A stretch of DNA of 64,000 nucleotides from a bacterium (GTDB lineage: Bacteria > Bdellovibrionota_C > UBA2361 > CALJRW01). Both the position numbers and the translations under genes were made by a program. A model generated the notes under the pieces. The model was not told where the DNA came from. It saw only the letters and a program-made list of their open reading frames with translations, and searched no databases. This document shows, one piece after another, positions 57,448 through 64,000 of this stretch. Positions within the stretch are counted from its first letter, which is position 1; the number at the start of each line of letters is the position of its first letter. Where the stretch lies: NCBI GenBank assembly GCA_031385045.1, contig JANNBC010000010.1, positions 32,001-96,000 on the forward strand. The letters run 5' to 3'.

Positions 57448-59196
57448 ATGCCCTATAATTCTAAATTACTCAACTCCTTAGCCTATTACCTGTTACTTGT
57501 TACGCTAGTTGCGCTAACTCTTTGGGAGTTAATTTCTAAACGCCTGGGGATAATTTTGGATCCTTATCAGGTGAGATCTGATGCACTGCAACACAATTTT
57601 CCCTATTGGTCTTATCTTAGCAAAGATTATTTTAATGATAACTATATTGCTGACTATTATTTAAACACCATGATTCCTCTGGGGTTAAAAACACTTTTTT
57701 CCAGCTTGGCTCATTTTTTTACACCGATTCAGATTGGAAAATACTTAGCCCTTACATTGGCTATAATTTTTATTATCTTGTTAACTGAGAGTGCCAAGCA
57801 TTTGTCAGGTAAAGTTGCCGGCGCGTTAACGGCATTTTTTACAACAGCCTATCTGGCTAGACACTTTATTTTAGCTGATGCCATTTCCCGATCATTTGGT
57901 TATGTAGTTGTAGCACTTGGCTTGTATGCGATTATTAAAAGACAGCCTTGGACTTTGATGATTGCTGCCTGCCTTGGGGCTCTTTTTTATCCTGCGGCAG
58001 GGGCAATTCTGGCCTGTTATTGTGGGCTAGTTGCTTTCTGGCCTAATACTATTCCTGGTTCGTTCGATGATACAAATCTTTCCCAGAAAATATTTACTCT
58101 ATTAGGTTTAGGAGTTGTCTTGCTTGTTTTATTAGTTCCGATGATTTTAGGAGGAGGGAAGTATGGGGAAAGACTTTATATTAAAAATCAGGTTGAATTC
58201 CCTGAAGCTGGACTTGGTGGAAGATACGCTTTGCAAGATCTGGGGATTAATAAATACCCCCTACCAATCGCGCTTTATCGATCGTTTAATAAAGTTTTTC
58301 TAAACAATAAAGATTTATTTCCTAGCTCAGCAGTTCTAGCTCCAGCTACTTTTAAAGTTAAGGAGAAGAAGAATCATAATTTAAATTCTGATCGCCAATT
58401 AGTTTTTTGGACAATGATCGTGATTGTCTTTAGCGGTATTCTAGTTAATAGTTTCTATCGTAAAAGCAAAATAGATCCAAACTGGATTAGAGTTGGGCAA
58501 TTTTTGTTTTCTGTTGTCGGGATTTACTATTTGGCAGTATTATTATTCCCTCATTTATATATGCCATCACGCTACCCCTTAATTAGTATACCAGCATTAG
58601 CATTAGTTGTAGTTCCAGCCGCGATAGTTAGTTTTATAAGGATTTTCAAGTCCCGAATTCTTGCTTCTGGAATCTTAGTTTTGCTTGTTGCCGTATTGAT
58701 TCATTTATCTGGCATGTATCAGACAAGGCTTAGGGAGCAAATGTCTTATCGAACGAATGCACCAATCTATGACTTTTTGAAGAAGCTTCCTGCTACTACT
58801 TTAATTGCTGGTTGGCCAATTGGGATTATTGATTCAGTTCCCTACTTTTCTGGCCGGGGACCTTTTTTAACAATGGAAACTCATCAAGTTTTTCGTAGTA
58901 AATATTTACTAGAAATGAGAGCTAGGACTTATGCCATAATTGATGCCTATTTTGATAATTCGCTAGGTGCAATCTTGAATTTAAAAAACAAATTTGGCGT
59001 GACGCATTTAATTTTAGAAAAACAATATTTTAAAAAAGCTCCTAAGTATTTTAAGCCTTTTGATAAATATATAAAATCAAAGCCTAACTTAATTAGTAAT
59101 CAGTGGACTCAGATTTATCAATCGCCAGAAGTGAAGTCAGCGATTGTCTTTAAGCATGGTTCCTATGTCGTAATCGATCTTAGTTTATTGAGTTAA
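57448..59196 (+). CDS. Polytopic membrane protein, probably GT-C-like
   Basis: TM1 then SDALQH loop, many TM helices, soluble tail with GVTHLIL; no firm family. Confidence 0.55.
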   Translation: MPYNSKLLNSLAYYLLLVTLVALTLWELISKRLGIILDPYQVRSDALQHNFPYWSYLSKDYFNDNYIADYYLNTMIPLGLKTLFSSLAHFFTPIQIGKYLALTLAIIFIILLTESAKHLSGKVAGALTAFFTTAYLARHFILADAISRSFGYVVVALGLYAIIKRQPWTLMIAACLGALFYPAAGAILACYCGLVAFWPNTIPGSFDDTNLSQKIFTLLGLGVVLLVLLVPMILGGGKYGERLYIKNQVEFPEAGLGGRYALQDLGINKYPLPIALYRSFNKVFLNNKDLFPSSAVLAPATFKVKEKKNHNLNSDRQLVFWTMIVIVFSGILVNSFYRKSKIDPNWIRVGQFLFSVVGIYYLAVLLFPHLYMPSRYPLISIPALALVVVPAAIVSFIRIFKSRILASGILVLLVAVLIHLSGMYQTRLREQMSYRTNAPIYDFLKKLPATTLIAGWPIGIIDSVPYFSGRGPFLTMETHQVFRSKYLLEMRARTYAIIDAYFDNSLGAILNLKNKFGVTHLILEKQYFKKAPKYFKPFDKYIKSKPNLISNQWTQIYQSPEVKSAIVFKHGSYVVIDLSLLS

Positions 59197-59200
59197 GAGC

Positions 59201-61126
59201 TTATTTACTAATCCGTAGAAGCTGTGCCACACATTCTTGAATGCTTAAGGCGTTAGTATCAATCGCTACGTCTGGATTTTTTGGTGCTTCGTAAGGAGCA
59301 CTAATCCCAGTAAAGTTTTTAATTTCTCCTTGTCGAGCTTTTTGATAAAGCAGATGCGGGTCTCTTTTCTCGCAAATCTCTAGTGATGTTGATAGATAAA
59401 CTTCAATAAAACAAGAATCTCCAATAATCTTTCGAGCTTGTTCACGATCTTCCACTGTTGGACTGATAAAGGCGCAAATTACGCTAACACCAGCCTCGTT
59501 AAATAGCTTGGCAACTTCTGCGACGCGACGTAAATTTTCTTGGCGATCTTTGGCGGAGAATCCTAAGTCTTTATTAAGTCCTGTTCGTAGGTTGTCACCA
59601 TCTAGTAAGTAGACCGGGCGATTATTTTCAAATAGCTTTTTCTCAAAAGCCTTTGCAATTGTTGATTTGCCAGATCCTGAAAGTCCAGTAAACCAATATG
59701 TCCGTGCCACATGACCAAACTTCTGTTCGCGATCGCTTCGCTCAATTAAGCCACTTTCATGATGTAGGTTTTGGGATCGAGGTTTTTCAGAATCTGCGCC
59801 TAGTAGTTCTAAATCTTGGCTCGAGCGATCCATGATCATTCCTGCTGCTACCGTCGCAAAATTTTCTGGATCAATTAAAATAAAATTTCCAGTTCCGCGA
59901 TTTGCTTGATAACTATCCAGAAATAGTGGTGCTGTTGATTGCAATGACATTCGGCCGATTTCATTAAGTTCCAGTGCTCCACCTGGCTTACGACTAAGTG
60001 CATTGATGTCAATTTTATACTTAACCTCAGTAATTAAAACTCTAGCTTCATTTACTGTATGACGAATAAAGTATTTTTTATTAATATCTAATGGCTGCTC
60101 TGACATCCAGATAACCATGGCTTCAAAGTTTGTTTCAACCTTAGGGGCATTACCTGGGCGAACTAACATGCTACCTCGTCCTACATCTAGTTGATCTTCC
60201 AAAGTGATAACTACTGATTGATTAGCGCGAGCTTCGCTTAGCTGATGATCCTTATTTAGGACGGAATGTAATTCAATCGTCTTAACTTTACTCTTCTTCA
60301 TGGAAGGTAAGGCTAGGACATCTTCTCCAACGCGAATAACTCCAGAACTTAACATCCCAGCATAACCTCTAAAGTTAGCACTAGGGTTAATAATGCACTG
60401 AACAGGAAAGCGAAAGTCTACTAGGTTGGCATCTGCTTGGTTATAAACATTTTCCAGATACTCAATTAAAGTCTCTCCGTGATACCAAGGCATTTTCTTG
60501 CTAGGAGTCACAATATTATCACCTTCTAGTGCTGATACCGGAATAAAGCGCACGTCTCTAATTCCTAACTTTTCAGCAAAGGCCATATAGTCTTTTTTGA
60601 TCTGCACAAAAACATCTTCGGCATAATCCACCATGTCCATTTTATTGACAGCGACCAAAAGACGAGGAACTCCCATCAGGGAAGCGATAAAAGAATGGCG
60701 ACGAGTTTGAGTAACAATTCCCTTGCGAGCATCAATTAAAATAATTGTCACATCAGCAGTTGAAGCTCCCGTTGCCATGTTGCGAGTGTATTGCTCGTGA
60801 CCTGGTGTGTCGGCTAGGATAAATTTTCTTTTAGGAGTTGAGAAGTAACGGTAAGCAACATCAATTGTAATACCTTGCTCTTGTTCCGCTTTTAATCCAT
60901 CAGTAACCAGGGCTAGTTCCAGAGATTCCTTGCCACGTTTAACAGAACGCTTCATTAGAGAATCTAGTTGATCCTCATAAATGTTTTTAGAGTCATGTAA
61001 CAAACGTCCAATCAGTGTTGATTTACCATCATCTACTGAGCCGGCAGTAGAGAAGCGGAGCATGGAACACTTGGCTGAATCTTCTAAGAATTTAATAATA
61101 CTATGATCTGAATTTTGTTCTTGCAT
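59201..61126 (-). CDS. cysNC: Bifunctional sulfate adenylyltransferase subunit 1 / adenylylsulfate kinase
   Basis: GSVDDGKSTLIGRLL, GITIDVAYRYF, DTPGHEQYTRNM; APS kinase TGLSGSGKST, LDGDNLR, FTGISAPYE. Confidence 0.96.
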   Translation of the reverse strand: MQEQNSDHSIIKFLEDSAKCSMLRFSTAGSVDDGKSTLIGRLLHDSKNIYEDQLDSLMKRSVKRGKESLELALVTDGLKAEQEQGITIDVAYRYFSTPKRKFILADTPGHEQYTRNMATGASTADVTIILIDARKGIVTQTRRHSFIASLMGVPRLLVAVNKMDMVDYAEDVFVQIKKDYMAFAEKLGIRDVRFIPVSALEGDNIVTPSKKMPWYHGETLIEYLENVYNQADANLVDFRFPVQCIINPSANFRGYAGMLSSGVIRVGEDVLALPSMKKSKVKTIELHSVLNKDHQLSEARANQSVVITLEDQLDVGRGSMLVRPGNAPKVETNFEAMVIWMSEQPLDINKKYFIRHTVNEARVLITEVKYKIDINALSRKPGGALELNEIGRMSLQSTAPLFLDSYQANRGTGNFILIDPENFATVAAGMIMDRSSQDLELLGADSEKPRSQNLHHESGLIERSDREQKFGHVARTYWFTGLSGSGKSTIAKAFEKKLFENNRPVYLLDGDNLRTGLNKDLGFSAKDRQENLRRVAEVAKLFNEAGVSVICAFISPTVEDREQARKIIGDSCFIEVYLSTSLEICEKRDPHLLYQKARQGEIKNFTGISAPYEAPKNPDVAIDTNALSIQECVAQLLRISK

Positions 61127-61127
61127 G

Positions 61128-62021
61128 TTAAAAGTAACCCTCTCGTTTTTTCATCTCCATTGATCCATCACGGTCGTGATCGATAATTCTAGTTGCGCGT
61201 TCTGATGTTCTAGTCGTCATCATTTCGGCAATAATATCTTCTACGCTTGTTGCTTCCGATCTAACTGCCCCAGTGCAAGGCGAGCATCCTAGGGTGCGAA
61301 AACGACAAAGGACTTCTTCTGATTTTTCACCAGGAAAAACTTTAGCTGCTTGGTTAACAGGAATTAATTGTTCTCCACGAACCACAACTTCGCGTTTTTT
61401 GGCAAAGTATAATGGGACAATTGGAATTTGCTCTAAGTGGATGTAATGCCAGACATCAAGCTCAGTCCAGTTAGAAATTGGAAAAACTCGAATCGACTCA
61501 CCTTGCGCAACTTTTCCATTATATAAATTCCAAAGCTCGGGTCGTTGGCTACGTGGTTCCCATTGTCCAAAGCGATCACGAAAAGAAAAAACTCTTTCTT
61601 TGGCACGAGAACGTTCTTCGTCACGGCGAGCTCCGCCCATGGCAGCATCAAAATTATATTTCTTTAAACCATCAAGTAGAGCTTTAGTTTTTAACTGTCC
61701 ACAACATTGTTGTGTTCCTAGATCGTAAGGGTTGGTGTTATTGGCAATCGCTTTTTCATTGCGATAGACAAGTAATTCCGCTCCGATTGATTTTGTATAC
61801 TCATCACGAAAGGCATACATCTCGGGAAATTTGAATCCAGTATCAATATGCATTAACGGAAAAGGAATTTTCCCAGGATAGAATGCTTTCTTGGCCAGGT
61901 GCAGAAGTACAGAAGAGTCTTTGCCCACAGAGTAAAGCATTACTGGTCGCTCAAATTGAGCAGCAACCTCGCGCATAATATAAATACTTTCTGATTCTAG
62001 TTGTTGTAGATAAGTGATCAT
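61128..62021 (-). CDS. cysD: Sulfate adenylyltransferase subunit 2
   Basis: [41 protein letters not shown]. Confidence 0.97.
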   Translation of the reverse strand: MITYLQQLESESIYIMREVAAQFERPVMLYSVGKDSSVLLHLAKKAFYPGKIPFPLMHIDTGFKFPEMYAFRDEYTKSIGAELLVYRNEKAIANNTNPYDLGTQQCCGQLKTKALLDGLKKYNFDAAMGGARRDEERSRAKERVFSFRDRFGQWEPRSQRPELWNLYNGKVAQGESIRVFPISNWTELDVWHYIHLEQIPIVPLYFAKKREVVVRGEQLIPVNQAAKVFPGEKSEEVLCRFRTLGCSPCTGAVRSEATSVEDIIAEMMTTRTSERATRIIDHDRDGSMEMKKREGYF

Positions 62022-62024
62022 GCG

Positions 62025-63458
62025 TTACATATATCCTAATGTTGTAAGTTCATCAATTTCGCTCTGGTTTAGGTTCTGCTCACCTAATTTTCGAGCTCCA
62101 CCCTTAAAAAACTTGAGTAGCTCATCAGTTTTACGCTTAAAAGTCGGCTTCAGAGAAGAATAATGATCTCCTAGGTTTCTTTCTTCAAAAGGATCTGCTT
62201 TTAAATCATAATATTCATTGCTACTTTCAGTGTGGTGAATATGCTTTTCTTCTAAATCGTGAACCGAAAATATTTCACCACTTTCCCATGGGCCCCTTAA
62301 AGTTCCAGAGTCTTTTGGGCGTCTTTCGGCAAAGGAGTAAGCAACTTTTTGCTCGCCCCACTTTCCAGTTGTTAAAAGCGGTACTAGGGAAATACCCTGA
62401 ACTTTTTGCTCTAAGGATATTTTTGCTCCTGTGAGTTCGATTATTGTGGGAAGATAGTCAACCGTCCGCACTAGATCATTGATTGCCAATGTTTTAAGAC
62501 GCTTATTATTAGCACTAAAGATAAGTGGAACATGCAGTTGCTCTTGATATAAGAACTCACCATGTCCAGCATAGTCGTGATTTCCAAGACCTTCACCATG
62601 GTCAGAAGTAACGATCCAAAGGATGTCATCATCTCCTTTAGATTTAATAAAGTCGGCCAATCGTTTTAGTTGGTCATCAATATAACGGAGCCTAGCGTCG
62701 TAGCGTGTCATTGATTCATAATATTTCTGGCGATCGTTATTATAAAAAGAAAGTGGAATGTTGTGCTTGCTAACGACAAAGTCAATTAATGCTTCGGCCT
62801 CAGGGGTGCCATATTTAGGAAACATATTTAAGTATTCCATTGGGAGAGTGGGGCTATTTTCTTCTGCCCATTCATGAACATCGTAGAGGTGAAGCCATAA
62901 GAAATACTGTTCGGGATTATTGTTTTGCTCTAGCCATTTAATGGCACGGTTAACATTGGGTTCTGCCATTAGATATTGAACTTTAGCTTCTCCGGTAAAA
63001 CGTTTTAAACGAAATTCTTGCTCGGGAGTCGGAAAGCCAACTTTTCCTTCCAAGAATTTAGTCGCAGTGAAAATACCTTGTTTGTAGTTAAGGGAATTGA
63101 GCACTTGGTGTAGGTGAAAGAGTTTAGAGTTCATGCTGTCATGATTTCGCAGTACTTTGTGTTCGTATGGAAAAAGTGAGGTAAACATTGTGCTATGGGA
63201 AGGAGCCGTGTGCGAAGAGGCACTAAAGGCATTCTCAAACTTAACACCTTGTTCCATTAATTGAGATAGAAAGGGACTGGTCTCCCTGATATATCCATAG
63301 CATTTAAGATGATCGGGCCTTAGGGTATCAATTGTTATAAAAACAATCTTTTTAAAAGGGCCAATTGCTTTGTTTTTGTGGCATCCCGCAAATGGAATGG
63401 TAAGTATTCCGAAAAGTATGATGCTTAGGAAAAAAAGCCTATTTTTATAGTTAAACAT
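62025..63458 (-). CDS. Sulfatase-like lipoprotein (Thr at the nucleophile position), directly upstream of cysD
   Basis: Lipobox FAGC; IDTLRPDHL, SHTAPSHST, SDHGE, C-terminal LTTLGYM; 3 nt gap to the cysD start. Confidence 0.88.
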   Translation of the reverse strand: MFNYKNRLFFLSIILFGILTIPFAGCHKNKAIGPFKKIVFITIDTLRPDHLKCYGYIRETSPFLSQLMEQGVKFENAFSASSHTAPSHSTMFTSLFPYEHKVLRNHDSMNSKLFHLHQVLNSLNYKQGIFTATKFLEGKVGFPTPEQEFRLKRFTGEAKVQYLMAEPNVNRAIKWLEQNNNPEQYFLWLHLYDVHEWAEENSPTLPMEYLNMFPKYGTPEAEALIDFVVSKHNIPLSFYNNDRQKYYESMTRYDARLRYIDDQLKRLADFIKSKGDDDILWIVTSDHGEGLGNHDYAGHGEFLYQEQLHVPLIFSANNKRLKTLAINDLVRTVDYLPTIIELTGAKISLEQKVQGISLVPLLTTGKWGEQKVAYSFAERRPKDSGTLRGPWESGEIFSVHDLEEKHIHHTESSNEYYDLKADPFEERNLGDHYSSLKPTFKRKTDELLKFFKGGARKLGEQNLNQSEIDELTTLGYM

Positions 63459-63541
63459 TCTGGATTTTTTCTTGTTTTGAAACAGAAATGTATCGCAAAT
63501 GATTATCCGCTGTCAAAGTTGCTCCTTCTCTTTGGTTAAAG

Positions 63542-63684
63542 TATAGTAACTCCAAAAAGTAATTTCCGTTAGGAATTGCTTTTGGAGTTACTATCCCCCG
63601 GAGGGATAATAAAATCATATAGTTATGACAAAATCACTAAACTAACTTTTGATTATTCGGAAATTACTTTTTGTCATAACTATA
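63542..63684. mobile_element. 143-bp structured repeat, MITE-like, copy 2
   Basis: Same orientation as 38440-38584; differs by 9 substitutions and 2 single-base gaps. Confidence 0.8.
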
Positions 63685-63721
63685 TAGTTTGCTCCGAAAT
63701 TGAATTGAGTGCGAACGTGCA

Positions 63722-64000
63722 ATGTTAGATAAAATCTGCCTTATTTTGATAGCCAGTTTGGCTATTTTTGCTGGAAGTTGCCAGCGTCAAGTCCAAATCC
63801 CTAATTTAAAAGATTTAAACGTACTGTTAATTGTTGTTGATACTCTCGGCGCTAAACATTTAGAGGCCTATAATCGTGAGTTAAAGAATGCTCCCAATAT
63901 AACTCGCCTGGCCGATGAAGGTGTGCTTTTTGAGCAAGCATATTCTGCGGCTCCTTGGACCAAGCCGGCAATCTCTTCTATTTTTACTGGCAAACTTCCC
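63722..64000 (+). CDS. Third sulfatase-like lipoprotein, 3'-truncated by the window edge (not in the ORF track)
   Basis: Hand translation: MLDKICLILIASLAIFAGSCQRQ...LNVLLIVVDTLGAKHL...GVLFEQAYSAAPWTKPAISSIFTGKLP. Confidence 0.85.
   Translation, partial: MLDKICLILIASLAIFAGSCQRQVQIPNLKDLNVLLIVVDTLGAKHLEAYNRELKNAPNITRLADEGVLFEQAYSAAPWTKPAISSIFTGKLP

Overview
AT-rich, densely coding bacterial chromosomal segment. Gene content (DUF6178-like protein, TadE/TadG pseudopilins, exported sulfatase-like paralogs) suggests a deltaproteobacterial or Bdellovibrionota-like lineage; this is inference only. I found no rRNA, tRNA, CRISPR array, transposase or prophage gene. Housekeeping genes: argG/argH, rpiA, fumC, infC, recJ, pssA, pgi, cysD/cysNC, threonine aldolase. 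Accessory modules: VKOR-DsbA/GT2/SDR operon; Ser/Thr kinase; Hef/FANCM-like helicase convergent with RecJ; ECF sigma plus anti-sigma/vWA; Rrf2-cysteine dioxygenase-flavoprotein; DUF58-transglutaminase-TPR-MoxR; orphan Tad pseudopilin trio; a 1114-aa orphan with a 60-aa repeat. The right end holds a surface-modification locus where PAPS-synthesis genes sit among three Thr-type sulfatase-like exported enzymes, GT-C-like proteins and a beta-propeller. The most striking unexplained signal is non-coding. Three short palindromic families have TATAC/TATAG ends and a shared hairpin-spacer-hairpin layout. One is present twice with compensatory base changes, and one as a long form plus an inverted, internally shortened form. 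There is also a 211-bp MITE with 17-bp TIRs and a 7-bp target duplication. Most of these elements end within 40 bp of a start codon. The ORF track misses a 35-aa PVPVPVR small protein, a PH-domain gene split at an in-frame T_TTA_AAG slippery heptamer, and a partial third sulfatase-like gene. All family calls come from motif recognition by eye, not database searches.
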